DNA of 64,000 nt from a virus (IMGVR_UViG_3300022719_000071:288001-352000), one strand, 5' to 3'; positions 28,359 through 38,090 are shown, counted from the stretch's first letter. Made by a program: numbers and translations. Notes: generated by a model not told the origin, from the sequence alone.

Positions 28359-28402
28359 TGTTGTGAATAGTGTGTTATTGTAATAACACACTATTCACAA
28401 CA
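28359..28402. repeat. 21-bp perfect AT-rich inverted repeat between convergent genes
   Basis: TGTTGTGAATAGTGTGTTATT-gt-AATAACACACTATTCACAACA. Confidence 0.9.
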
Positions 28403-28434
28403 ATCGAGTAAGTTCAAAAACTTATGCTTTCCAA

Positions 28435-28824
28435 TCATCGATTAATAATAGACTTGTCTAGTTGATTGATTGTGTCAGCACCAGCAACTTGAATGCCGCT
28501 GGTCGCTTGAAGGTATGCCTTCTCGATGCCATCAACTGGCTCGTGAATACCTATCACATGACGAAGATCAAATTTGACCTCATCCTTTGGATGGCTGAAC
28601 GGACCACCGTACGGTGCAGCGTTTAGCTTTTGCTGAATGGGGTTATTTGGGGAAGGTCGAGAAGTTGGATCAGCAGGCTCTGTTACGATTTGAAAAACCA
28701 CTGGTCGGCTCACACTGACCGACCTGTCATCCACGGAGTCTATCTCCGCAGTTACCTGCAAACCAGAAACAAGATCGAGTAGAACGATCTTGCCTTCGTA
28801 CTTCTTTACGTCCGATGAGTACAT
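28435..28824 (-). CDS. Sm-like-fold phage protein (tentative)
   Basis: GKIVLLDLVSGLQVTAEI...VSRP pattern. Confidence 0.55.
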   Translation of the reverse strand: MYSSDVKKYEGKIVLLDLVSGLQVTAEIDSVDDRSVSVSRPVVFQIVTEPADPTSRPSPNNPIQQKLNAAPYGGPFSHPKDEVKFDLRHVIGIHEPVDGIEKAYLQATSGIQVAGADTINQLDKSIINR

Positions 28825-28859
28825 GTTACTATCCTGTCAGTTAGTGGGACAGGGATAAT

Positions 28860-29267
28860 TTAGGACTTCTTGCTTTCGTTTTCAAGGCTTTTGAACAGCT
28901 TGAACATTTCTTCTTCAGGAGATTTTCCGGTATTGATTACCACGGAACGAGCTTTGTCATCCCATATTACTTTCATATCCGGAGTTTTTCTGTTAGTGAT
29001 TTCCAATCCACCTATTCCATGTTTTTCTAACCATTTAGCAATAGGAGGGATGTTTCGTGAGTCATGAGCACGGGCAGTGAAAATTTTAACTGTTTTTCCA
29101 GCATTCAACCAATCTTTGACTTTATTCAGCATATCTGGAACTGGCTCGCCAATAAATTCAGGATCAAAATCTTCTTCGTAATCCATGGCCAGAGTTCCAT
29201 CCAGATCAACAGCGATAGATTCGTCTTCTGTGAGAGATTGTTTATGAAACTCTTTATGATGTGTCAT
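28860..29267 (-). CDS. HAD-superfamily phosphatase (PNKP-phosphatase-like)
   Basis: DLDGT, IFTAR, K, WDD motifs; start probably MTHH. Confidence 0.8.
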   Translation of the reverse strand: MTHHKEFHKQSLTEDESIAVDLDGTLAMDYEEDFDPEFIGEPVPDMLNKVKDWLNAGKTVKIFTARAHDSRNIPPIAKWLEKHGIGGLEITNRKTPDMKVIWDDKARSVVINTGKSPEEEMFKLFKSLENESKKS

Positions 29268-29389
29268 ACAAGGTACCATTCTGTTTATAGGTTCGAGCAT
29301 ATAGAGGGAGATATGGCAGAAGCGGATAGCTTCAGTGACATGCACATAATGAATATCAAGTATCAGCTACAGAGACGTTGGCTATGGTC

Positions 29390-30739
29390 TTAACGCTTTA
29401 GGCTAGGACGATACTCAGTAATCTTTTTTGCTGGGATCTTCTGACCATCAACAAATACCTGCACCAAGTCAACACCAAATCCATACTCTTCCTGGATCTT
29501 GTTGCGAACCTGACGAGCAGCCATCATTTTATCTGTTGCCTGAGTGATAATCTCTAGATCAACAATATCCTCGTTCACACGCACACGAGCGCTGCAATCA
29601 AAGAACTCAAGTTTATCGAGATACTTGTTCTCGGCTAACTTCTCAATTTTCTTGAATGCGACACCCACGGTTTGAACGAACTGCTCACGGCTTTCGTATA
29701 GGCGATTGTAGCTCTCACGGCAAAGCTTACCGAAGCGCTGCATGGCAACCTTACGAAATTTCTCTGCTAGCTTAGGAGCGTGATTGTGACGTGCGTGAAT
29801 AGACTCACGCATCAAGTTGATAAACTGACGGTCGCTTTTCCAAGCAACATCAGGAGTACGAGAGAACTCGACCTTGTATCCATGCTGCTCGTAGCTCTCA
29901 GCCATCTTCTGTAGAACGGAACGGCTAACAACCTCGAAGGCTGCCTTCTTCTTGCCATTCAAGGTAACGAGAACACCGGACTCAACTCCCTCGTATACGT
30001 TGGTTGCTCCATGTGTCTCCTTCTTAAACTCATGGGATCCCCACTTCATTGCGTCCTTTGGGGAACTTTCCTTACCTGGGGTACCAATCTGTTGGACCTT
30101 CTGGGAGTCCTTATTCCTAGCACCAACTGCATTGTTATTGGTCTTTGCAGAACGCTTGCCACCAGCACGAGTTGGGCCACCGGCCATCTTATCGTATGAA
30201 CGCTTCTTAGGAGCGGCATCGCCACCTTCTTCATTGGTTGTACCGCCAGCACGACCGTGCTCCATGGAGTCTGTGTATTCTTCTGCGTAGTCTGCCTGTG
30301 GAATAGTAAAGATATCCTGGTTACCATCATCCTCAGTGTTGGCAACCTTACCCCAATTGTCACCAACCTGCTTTAGCTTAGTGGTCTGATTTGGCTTCAT
30401 GCCAACTGAAGATGTAATCTTTGGAGACTTCTGATTTTCACCCTTGCTACCCATACCAGCAGTCTTACCGTGTGGCATAGAGTCAGTGTACTTCTCTGCA
30501 AAGTCTGCCTGTGGGAACAGGTCGTTGTCCTTTGGAGTAGCTACATCAGCGGTAAATTTTGGATCCTGAACAATCTGAGTGATTTGGTCATGGCGCTCGG
30601 AACGAGAAACAGCGGAAGTTGGATTCTTGATTTCCTTCTTCCCCTTGTTTCGTAGCTTGAGCTTTGCTACAGCAGCCTTCTTGACTTCATCAGCCTCCAT
30701 CAGCTTGCTTTGTACTAGTTCTACAGACAGTCGGTTCAC
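29390..30739 (-). CDS. low-complexity putative head/scaffold protein
   Basis: TAAATA on minus strand at 30787-92; LMEA motif; internal repeat PQADFAEKYTDSMPHG / PQADYAEEYTDSMEHG. Confidence 0.6.
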   Translation of the reverse strand: MNRLSVELVQSKLMEADEVKKAAVAKLKLRNKGKKEIKNPTSAVSRSERHDQITQIVQDPKFTADVATPKDNDLFPQADFAEKYTDSMPHGKTAGMGSKGENQKSPKITSSVGMKPNQTTKLKQVGDNWGKVANTEDDGNQDIFTIPQADYAEEYTDSMEHGRAGGTTNEEGGDAAPKKRSYDKMAGGPTRAGGKRSAKTNNNAVGARNKDSQKVQQIGTPGKESSPKDAMKWGSHEFKKETHGATNVYEGVESGVLVTLNGKKKAAFEVVSRSVLQKMAESYEQHGYKVEFSRTPDVAWKSDRQFINLMRESIHARHNHAPKLAEKFRKVAMQRFGKLCRESYNRLYESREQFVQTVGVAFKKIEKLAENKYLDKLEFFDCSARVRVNEDIVDLEIITQATDKMMAARQVRNKIQEEYGFGVDLVQVFVDGQKIPAKKITEYRPSLKR

Positions 30740-30820
30740 TTGGATAACTCCCGGATTCGTGCTATGTTACAATAAGCAGTCAATCATATTTACTGCTCAG
30801 TGAATTTCGCCGGAACACCT

Positions 30821-31366
30821 ATGACTACGAAACTGTACGAACTTGAAGACCGCATCGTAACCGATAAAGGTGAAGTAGTCGCCAAGTACGAACTTTTGGT
30901 CAAGAAAGCTTTATCCGGTGAAGTATTTACGGAACTACCAGCAGCACCCCATCCGGATATTGAACGCTACAATTTGCGTTGCCCAGACAATGCCATTCCT
31001 CTGTGGCAAGATACCGGTGAAGACACACTAGAAGGTCCAGATCCAGATACTCATGACTGGACAATTCCTCAAGAATACATGGACCTCGATATCATAGAGT
31101 TAGCATCCGCTTGTTTGATTTCCAGAAAATTGACATCGGATCAATATGTAGAGCGTCTGACATGGGAACTCAACGAAATGGATAAGAGGGATATGTTTCC
31201 TTTCATTCGTTGTCTTTTGTATGTGACAGAAGTGTTCAGACAAAATAACATAGTGTGGGGCATTGGTCGTGGTTCTTCCTGTGCATCTTTGGTGCTATAC
31301 CTGCTAGGGATCAATAGGGTAGACCCCTGTAAATACGATATACCAGCGGAGGAATTCTTCAAATGA
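30821..31366 (+). CDS. dnaE: stand-alone fragment of DNA polymerase III alpha (family C)
   Basis: RLTWEL...VWGIGRGSSCASLVLYLLGINRVDPCKYDI..EEF; ends before the catalytic DID. Confidence 0.8.
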   Translation: MTTKLYELEDRIVTDKGEVVAKYELLVKKALSGEVFTELPAAPHPDIERYNLRCPDNAIPLWQDTGEDTLEGPDPDTHDWTIPQEYMDLDIIELASACLISRKLTSDQYVERLTWELNEMDKRDMFPFIRCLLYVTEVFRQNNIVWGIGRGSSCASLVLYLLGINRVDPCKYDIPAEEFFK

Positions 31367-31492
31367 ATGGCCATGATTGGATGGTGCAGTTCATGAAATA
31401 ACGGAGATTTTCAACGCCAGATAAAAATTACCAATCTCTGTGATGTTCCAGAGATATACATTGAAGACTTCTTAGAATATGGAGCAAAAACT

Positions 31493-31810
31493 ATGATGAG
31501 CGCAACCCAAGAAGCCAAGATGAAGGCAGCGGAGATTCTAGATAAGAACCCTGGAAAAGTCTTCCGGGTAGCAATTTCTGGAGGGGGGTGTTCCGGTTTC
31601 CGTTACGGCTTTGAACTAACAGATCGTGAGGATGATGATATCATCGTAGCTGAAGACGGTGACCATGCTATCGTAACTGACACCATCTCCATTCTGTATC
31701 TGGAAGGTGCGGTACTTGACTTCAAGAATGACCCATTCATGGCGGCATTCACTATCAATAACCCAAACGTCACGACCACTTGCGGCTGTGGCTCTAGCTT
31801 CGGAGTATGA
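31493..31810 (+). CDS. HesB/IscA/ErpA-family Fe-S carrier
   Basis: RVAISGGGCSGFRYGF and CGCGSSF. Confidence 0.92.
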   Translation: MMSATQEAKMKAAEILDKNPGKVFRVAISGGGCSGFRYGFELTDREDDDIIVAEDGDHAIVTDTISILYLEGAVLDFKNDPFMAAFTINNPNVTTTCGCGSSFGV

Positions 31811-31874
31811 AAATATGATTATCGGTGGATGGGAAGACTAAATAAATGGTGCATCAACTCTAGGAGTAAATGAT

Positions 31875-32381
31875 ATGCCACAAGGTTTTGTAACAACGGC
31901 ACGAGGCGAGATCCTTAACATGGATCAATTGAAGACTCAAGCCAATCAACCCCTAATCAAGAAACGTGAAAGGGGAACTACTGTAAAGAAGTCTGTCCCT
32001 CCTCGTAAGCCTATCAATGTTCGTGGTTATCAACCACAGGCTGGTGAGGCTCAAACTCCAGAAGTTTCTGATGAAATTCTTGAGGCAATGGAGAGTAGGA
32101 AGGAGAAAACACCAAGCCGTACCATTCGGGCATCGTTCCCGGAGGACGGTGAGGCGAAGAATCTTGCTGATGTTACCGGAATCAGAGTGAACAAGCCATC
32201 GGCTGCCACAAAAGCAAAGGTCAAAGCTGCATTGGATAATAATCAGCGTCCTGCGGAAGCATCTACCGAAGCTTTGGATGAAATCCTAGGAGATTTGGAA
32301 GAGACCAATCCAAAGGTAGTAAAGGCCGCTGAGGAAGAAGCGAAGACCACGGTACGTCGCACTCGTTCCAATAGGGAATAA
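31875..32381 (+). CDS. hypothetical protein
   Basis: TAAATA 31839, AGGAG SD. Confidence 0.75.
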   Translation: MPQGFVTTARGEILNMDQLKTQANQPLIKKRERGTTVKKSVPPRKPINVRGYQPQAGEAQTPEVSDEILEAMESRKEKTPSRTIRASFPEDGEAKNLADVTGIRVNKPSAATKAKVKAALDNNQRPAEASTEALDEILGDLEETNPKVVKAAEEEAKTTVRRTRSNRE

Positions 32382-32383
32382 TC

Positions 32384-32635
32384 ATGAGCAATATGATATT
32401 AGCTGGTGGGGAAATAACGATGCAACCACAACAGCAGATGATTCAACAAACCGGACAGTCCCATCAGCCAATTATCATCCAGCAAGTACAAGATAATACC
32501 GTGGTTTGGGTTACCGGTGTAGTGGTACCTCTGACCATCGCCATCATCGGATGGTGGCTCCAGCACAAGTGGCGGAAGCAAAATCCTGGAATGACTTTGA
32601 CCTGGAAAAACATCAAGAAGTCCAAAGAAAAGTGA
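32384..32635 (+). CDS. small single-TM protein
   Basis: Q-rich N-terminus, one hydrophobic helix, basic tail. Confidence 0.65.
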   Translation: MSNMILAGGEITMQPQQQMIQQTGQSHQPIIIQQVQDNTVVWVTGVVVPLTIAIIGWWLQHKWRKQNPGMTLTWKNIKKSKEK

Positions 32636-32671
32636 TCTAGTTCACAGTCCGTGCTTTCTTAAAGAAAATGC

Positions 32672-32700
32672 TTGACAACCCGCTCCTGAATCTGTATACT
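32672..32700 (+). promoter_or_regulatory. sigma70-type promoter
   Basis: TTGACA-N17-TATACT. Confidence 0.85.
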
Positions 32701-32739
32701 TGTCTTTGTCAGGTGATATAACGATTCAGGAGACTATAC

Positions 32740-34419
32740 ATGGCCCTTTCCGACGCAATGATCAAGACCCGCACGGGTCTTGCTACCGCCTCCGACTACC
32801 AGATGGATATTTTCCGTCATGGTATCGAGGCCATCGAGGCATTCACCCAGCGCAAAACCGTGACCAACGCCGTGGTCCAGGCTGTCGCCGGTTCCGGCAA
32901 GACCACCACCATCGTGGCTTTCGCTAATCTCATCCCCACTTCGATGCAAGCGATCTTTCTCGCCTTCAACAAGTCCATTGCCACCGAGCTTCAGCAGCGT
33001 CTGCCCCGTCATGTCGGCGCTCGCACGCTGAACAGCCTGGGCTTCGGCATCCTTCGCCGCTACGTCGAGGGTCTGGAGCAGTCGGGCACCATCACCGGTC
33101 TGGAGCCGGTGCGCTCCTGGACCGATGCCCGCAAGACCTGGAAGGTCATGCGTGACCTCTTCGACAAGAAGACTCTGAAGAACCACGGCAAGGACGTTGC
33201 CTTCCTGGTCGCCAAGGCCAAGAGCCTCGGTATTGTACCGGCTGAGCTTGAGGAGGCTGGCGAGATCGATGGCGTCGAGTACCGCTCGGCCAACGGTCTG
33301 AAGGACACGGACGCCACCTGGAAGTCCATTCTCCTGCACTTCGGCCACACTGTACAGGTGCCGGATCAGACGACCGTCTTCGATATGGTGCGCAAGACCC
33401 TGGTCGCTTCCATTCGCATGCTGACCCTGGTGGACTTCGATGACCAGAAGTACCTTCCGGTAATCATGTTCCCTAACGGTCGTGAGATGCTGGCGAAGAA
33501 GTTCGATGGCATCATCATCGATGAGGTCCAGGACGTGAATGCGGTGGATATCCTTCTCGTCAAGCTGAGCCTCAAGAAGAACGGTGTGGTCATGGGCGTC
33601 GGTGACACCAACCAGTCCATCTACGGCTTCCGTGGCGCTTCTGTTGATGCAATCGAGAAGTTCTCCGATGCGTTCAACTGCATCGAGCTTCCCCTGAGCA
33701 TCACCTACCGTTGCGCTCGCTCCATCGTGGAGGAGGCTCGTGCGGTGTACCCGACCATCGAGGCCGCTCCCAACGCTCCCGAGGGCGAGGTCGTGTACCA
33801 GAACGACGAGTACGACGCCACCATCTTCTCGGCTCGTGATGAGGATATGATTATTTGCCGCAACAACGCCCCCATCGTGGACTTCGCCTACAAGCTCATT
33901 CGGGCTCGTGTGCCGGTCTTCGTCAAGGGCCGTGACATTGGCAAGGGTCTCATTACCCTCATCGAGTCCATGAAGTCCGACAACGTGGTGGACCTGAGCA
34001 GCAATCTGATGCTCTGGCAGGCGCAGCAGACTCAGATCATCCTGGACAACGATCCGGATGACCAGGAGGCTGTCCAGCGCATCGATGACCGCTATGAGAC
34101 CCTGATGGTCTTCATCCGGGAGAACTCGGACGGTCGTGTGGACAGCGTGGTGGCCGAGATTGAGCGTTTGTTCAACACCAATTCGAACGACTCCAAGGAG
34201 AAGTTCGACATGAAGGGCAAGGTGGTGCTCTCCACGGTCCACAAGGCCAAGGGTCTAGAGGCTCGCCGGGTCTTCTTCCTGGACAGCCACCTTCTCTTCC
34301 CCCGCTGGGTGCAGCCGGGTACGTGGCAGGAGACTCAGGAGAAGAACCTGAAGTACGTTGCCATCACCCGTGCGAAGGAGACGCTGACCTACATCAACAG
34401 CAAGGGGCTCAAGGACTGA
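32740..34419 (+). CDS. UvrD/Rep-like superfamily 1 helicase
   Basis: AGSGKTT, DEVQD, GDTNQSIYGFRGA, TYRC, STVHKAKGLE, KYVAITRAK. Confidence 0.93.
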   Translation: MALSDAMIKTRTGLATASDYQMDIFRHGIEAIEAFTQRKTVTNAVVQAVAGSGKTTTIVAFANLIPTSMQAIFLAFNKSIATELQQRLPRHVGARTLNSLGFGILRRYVEGLEQSGTITGLEPVRSWTDARKTWKVMRDLFDKKTLKNHGKDVAFLVAKAKSLGIVPAELEEAGEIDGVEYRSANGLKDTDATWKSILLHFGHTVQVPDQTTVFDMVRKTLVASIRMLTLVDFDDQKYLPVIMFPNGREMLAKKFDGIIIDEVQDVNAVDILLVKLSLKKNGVVMGVGDTNQSIYGFRGASVDAIEKFSDAFNCIELPLSITYRCARSIVEEARAVYPTIEAAPNAPEGEVVYQNDEYDATIFSARDEDMIICRNNAPIVDFAYKLIRARVPVFVKGRDIGKGLITLIESMKSDNVVDLSSNLMLWQAQQTQIILDNDPDDQEAVQRIDDRYETLMVFIRENSDGRVDSVVAEIERLFNTNSNDSKEKFDMKGKVVLSTVHKAKGLEARRVFFLDSHLLFPRWVQPGTWQETQEKNLKYVAITRAKETLTYINSKGLKD

Positions 34420-34491
34420 GCCCCCAGGCTCCTCTAAAATCAACAGCAGGGGGCTCAAGGACTGAGCCCCCAGACTCCTCTAAAATCAACA
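34393..34491 (+). repeat. 46-nt tandem duplication of the helicase 3' end containing a hairpin
   Basis: 34393-34438 and 34439-34484 differ at 2 bases; each holds GGGGCTCA-aggac-TGAGCCCC. Confidence 0.95.
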
Positions 34492-34572
34492 CGAGGAACA
34501 CTATCATGACCACGTTGACTCGTTTTACGGCACGCCGATGACGCAGACGACCTGAACACCGAGGATTAAAAT

Positions 34573-34812
34573 ATGAACTTTGAAGACAAATACATCCTGG
34601 ATCTGTGCGTGAAATATGGCGGCGCCCAGATGAAGTGCCTCCGAATCGAGAGCGAGGTCAAGCGTCTGGCTGCCGAGGGTAACCACAAGAAGAAGAACAA
34701 GATCATCCATACGCAGGGTCAAACCGCCAGTACCGCCAGAAATGAAGCCCTGCGAAGGTTGGTGGAGCTACTGGACCAAGAGGCCGAGAAAATCCTGAAT
34801 CATATTTCCTGA
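34573..34812 (+). CDS. hypothetical protein
   Basis: GAGG SD. Confidence 0.7.
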   Translation: MNFEDKYILDLCVKYGGAQMKCLRIESEVKRLAAEGNHKKKNKIIHTQGQTASTARNEALRRLVELLDQEAEKILNHIS

Positions 34813-34845
34813 CCGAAGTCTCGCCTGACAACTTGACTTCGACTT

Positions 34846-34875
34846 GACGGGGCCTCACGGCCCCGTCCCTTTTGG
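34846..34875 (+). terminator. intrinsic terminator
   Basis: GACGGGGCC-tcac-GGCCCCGTC then CCTTTT. Confidence 0.7.
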
Positions 34876-34877
34876 TA

Positions 34878-34906
34878 TTGACTAATTATTTGTCAGAGCA
34901 TATCTT
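34878..34906 (+). promoter_or_regulatory. sigma70-type promoter
   Basis: TTGACT-N17-TATCTT. Confidence 0.65.
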
Positions 34907-34935
34907 CTCCTTATCGACACCGATAAGGAGGTATC

Positions 34936-35400
34936 ATGACTGATTCACTAGTAGGCATTCGTGCCGTCCAGGATTACATTCTGGTCATCATCTATGATGA
35001 TGGTAACAAGGAAATCACCCTGCCCGATGGACGTAAGCTCGTGGTCGGTCTCACCGATATCAATCTCGACGCACACAACAGCGCCGACAGCACCCACCCC
35101 GGTCTGAGACCTCGCTGGGCGCTCGTGGCGAGCGTAAATGACCGTGCCAAGCAGTTGGGTATTGAGCTAGGAGATAAGGTGCTCTGCGAGCAGCTAGAAT
35201 GGTCTCGTGGCTTCCACTTCGATATGTCTGGTCGCCGTTTGTGGAGAATCCCTGCTGATAAGATCTTGGCCATCGATAAGGACGGTCTGGATGACGATGA
35301 AGCTGAAACCGTGGGTTTGTGGTTCGCAGCCGATGAGCGATACGAGGACAAGATGCTGGAAGTTCTGGCAGAACTTGCTGAAGAAAAAAGTGATGAGTGA
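34936..35400 (+). CDS. GroES-like co-chaperonin (jumbo-phage type)
   Basis: IRAVQDYILV...GLRPRWALVASV...GDKVLCE...WSRG. Confidence 0.65.
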   Translation: MTDSLVGIRAVQDYILVIIYDDGNKEITLPDGRKLVVGLTDINLDAHNSADSTHPGLRPRWALVASVNDRAKQLGIELGDKVLCEQLEWSRGFHFDMSGRRLWRIPADKILAIDKDGLDDDEAETVGLWFAADERYEDKMLEVLAELAEEKSDE

Positions 35401-36352
35401 CAAAGCTCTTTGGTATGAAAAGTACCGACCGCAGAAGTTAGACGAATACGTCTGGACCGATGCGGAAGTACGTGATCGCATAAAGTTTTGGGTCAACGAT
35501 CCAGACAAGATGCCTCACATGATTCTGGAGGGTCCACCGGGTACCGGTAAGACCAGTATGGCTCTACTCCTGATCTCAGAGCTTAGGCTTGACACCTACG
35601 ACTACCTGTTCATCAACACGAACAAGCATTCCGGTGTTGAAGCTATTCGAGAGACCGTGACCAACTTCTGTGAGACCGGAGGTTTCTCAGGAATGAAAAT
35701 CGTGGTGATTGATGAGGCTGATGGTTTGAGCATCGCTGCCCAGGACAAGCTGAGAGGCGTCATAAACGACTATGGTGACTATGTGCGGTTCGTGTTCACT
35801 TGTAACAAGATCCGGGCTCTCAGTGACGCTCTGAAGTCCAGAGCACGGGTATTCACGCTACGTGCCCTAGACGTGGACGAGTTCATTGCCAGATTGCTCC
35901 ACATTGCTCAAGCCGAGAAGGTGGTGGAAAAGGATCCCACCGAGAAGGAATTCGACGTGTTGGGTCAAATCACTGAGGATACCTATCCAGATCTGCGTCG
36001 GGCTATAGATTTGCTTCAGGACTGCACTAGTGGTAAGGAGCTAACCTCTCCGAAGAAGGTAAACAATGATAGTGCAGAGTGGCAGAGTTCTATGGCGAGC
36101 GTCGTTCTATCCAGTGGCGATGCAAACCAAGTGCGTGAGCTTGTTTCTTCAATGCGTAAGGATGAGATCGAGGAGGCGTATAGATACCTCTACGAAAAGT
36201 CCAACGATTTATTCGAGCAAGCAAATAAAGAACAAGCTGCGGTCATATTGGTAGCCGAGTACCTTGGTAGACATTCCACATCGGCTTTTCCTGAAATCAA
36301 TCTAGCTGGGTTGTTAAACAAGCTGTCCATGTTACAGGCTATGGATAGTTGA
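35393..36352 (+). CDS. clamp-loader (RFC/gp44-like) AAA+ subunit
   Basis: WYEKYRP, GPPGTGKT, VIDEAD, FTCN, LKSR, PDLRRAI; real start MSDKAL. Confidence 0.92.
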   Translation: MSDKALWYEKYRPQKLDEYVWTDAEVRDRIKFWVNDPDKMPHMILEGPPGTGKTSMALLLISELRLDTYDYLFINTNKHSGVEAIRETVTNFCETGGFSGMKIVVIDEADGLSIAAQDKLRGVINDYGDYVRFVFTCNKIRALSDALKSRARVFTLRALDVDEFIARLLHIAQAEKVVEKDPTEKEFDVLGQITEDTYPDLRRAIDLLQDCTSGKELTSPKKVNNDSAEWQSSMASVVLSSGDANQVRELVSSMRKDEIEEAYRYLYEKSNDLFEQANKEQAAVILVAEYLGRHSTSAFPEINLAGLLNKLSMLQAMDS

Positions 36353-36362
36353 GGTACGTGAT

Positions 36363-36563
36363 ATGAGCAAGCCAGGACAGAACAAGGGAGAGCATAATTT
36401 TAAGGCGAAGTTGACTGAAACTCAGGTCAAGGAAATCTTCCTTGATGATACTCACACGCAAGAGCAACTGGCGTTGAAGTACAACGTAACTCAAAGCACC
36501 ATCAATCATATCAAGAAAGGGAGGACTTGGGCATGGCTAACGGCAAAAATAAAACAGTCCTAG
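36363..36563 (+). CDS. small HTH protein resembling the C-terminal DNA-binding module of HNH endonucleases
   Basis: GEHNFKAKLTE.QV...QLALKYNVTQSTINHIKKGRTW. Confidence 0.75.
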   Translation: MSKPGQNKGEHNFKAKLTETQVKEIFLDDTHTQEQLALKYNVTQSTINHIKKGRTWAWLTAKIKQS

Positions 36564-37066
36564 ATGTCAACGTGCTAGACGATGGTAATACATTAATGGC
36601 TGATCCTACTTCATATGTACCAACCTTTACATTCTCACCACGGGATCCGTCGATAGATGATATTGTTTTCAATAACGGTAATCAGGAAATAGCACGGATC
36701 GAGCACAAGGATTACAAGCCAACCAGAATCATCCTGAATGAAGAGGTTTGTGCTAATACGACAATTCAAAGCCAGCAAGCCATTGACGTGAAAGCTGAAA
36801 AAATACCTGGTGGATACAAGATTATCAAGAAGATGCGCCGTTGGATTCCACAGGACGTGGACGTGGAGGAAGAATTCTGCCAAGGTCCACAAAATACCAT
36901 CACTGAGTTCCACCAGTGGGTTGTAAATCTTAACAATGATGACCTGGAAGCTGCAATCCAGGTCTACTATGATCGATGGAACTTCGAGAATGGTGACACA
37001 ATGGATCATATGAGATATTTGATGCTGGTTGAGGAAAGGGAGTTTCGTGGTCGTGTCCGAAAATGA
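36527..37066 (+). CDS. YYDxW-family protein 1 (start uncertain)
   Basis: LEAAIQVYYDRWNFENG. Confidence 0.75.
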   Translation: MGMANGKNKTVLDVNVLDDGNTLMADPTSYVPTFTFSPRDPSIDDIVFNNGNQEIARIEHKDYKPTRIILNEEVCANTTIQSQQAIDVKAEKIPGGYKIIKKMRRWIPQDVDVEEEFCQGPQNTITEFHQWVVNLNNDDLEAAIQVYYDRWNFENGDTMDHMRYLMLVEEREFRGRVRK

Positions 37067-37568
37067 AACAATCTACGGCGATGTCCTCCGTGATCACATT
37101 ACTGATTTTGATACGGAACACCTGAAGAAGCTTGCTGTGATGTTCTATGATCGTTGGGCCTGGGAAACCGGACATCCAACAGATCGTAAGCTGATTGACA
37201 CCATTGATGAAGAACTACGAAATCGTGGTGATACTTCTCCGGTGATATCGAATGGTGCTACTGGTGAACTCATGTTCACCGCTGAGAAGATCACTATATG
37301 TCATCCATTGAATGGTCTAAATCAAGAGCTATTCTCCACTGAGTTTGGAGAGCTTGAGATTGGCGATGCTGCCAAGAGAGCTATGATTAGGGCAATCATG
37401 ACCGACCTAGAGTTAGAGCATAGCGGAGTCTTTCATAACGGCAAAACTCTGAAGCAGTTGATTACCTACATAGTTAATCAAGCATTGAGTGTCAATATGG
37501 AGCACAGGATTAGTAATTTAGAGTTGAAAGTCGATGGCTTGGAGAAAAAGAATGAAAACCGGGATTAA
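37029..37568 (+). CDS. YYDxW-family protein 2 (start uncertain)
   Basis: LKKLAVMFYDRWAWETG. Confidence 0.7.
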   Translation: MRKGSFVVVSENETIYGDVLRDHITDFDTEHLKKLAVMFYDRWAWETGHPTDRKLIDTIDEELRNRGDTSPVISNGATGELMFTAEKITICHPLNGLNQELFSTEFGELEIGDAAKRAMIRAIMTDLELEHSGVFHNGKTLKQLITYIVNQALSVNMEHRISNLELKVDGLEKKNENRD

Positions 37569-38088
37569 GCTCATCGATGATTTGGTAGGAGGTATTTCTC
37601 CGGATAACAAGGAACGGGTGAAAATCAGCTTGGCCCGTCTATTCCAAGATGATGCCGAGTTATATACCACGGCTGATATTGTCCTGGAAGATGGCACGCA
37701 TGTTGCTAGTGCGAAGAGAGATATTGACCCTAACGACTTTAGTCCCCGTCTTCGTATCATGGTTCCAGTAGAACATTATTCCAAGATTGAAGTGGTATGT
37801 GATGGAAATGCGCTCGATATCCACACCGAAACGATGCCTGACGGTAGATACCGAATGAAGAGGAAGCTCAGGGGATATACCCCAGCCATCACTGAAGATG
37901 AGCAGACTGTTGAAGTCAAAGAGTTCGATTCCACAAAAGCCTTTATGGAGTGGATCGAGAAACTTCCCAAAGACATGGTGGAAGCGTATCGACAAATATA
38001 CTATGACAGGTGGAACTTCGGCAACGGTAATCAAAAAGACAGAATTTACTATGAGCTATTGGATGAAGAGTACAAAGGCCGAGAATAA
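37552..38088 (+). CDS. YYDxW-family protein 3
   Basis: VEAYRQIYYDRWNFGNG; start MKTGIK. Confidence 0.75.
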   Translation: MKTGIKLIDDLVGGISPDNKERVKISLARLFQDDAELYTTADIVLEDGTHVASAKRDIDPNDFSPRLRIMVPVEHYSKIEVVCDGNALDIHTETMPDGRYRMKRKLRGYTPAITEDEQTVEVKEFDSTKAFMEWIEKLPKDMVEAYRQIYYDRWNFGNGNQKDRIYYELLDEEYKGRE

Positions 38089-38090
38089 CA

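Noticed and set aside
32734-34242. 502-aa minus-strand ORF (likewise 19065-19904 minus, 47435-48058 plus, 43361-43750 plus)
   Set aside because: Antisense shadows of GC-rich genes with strong codon bias; no motifs or SD
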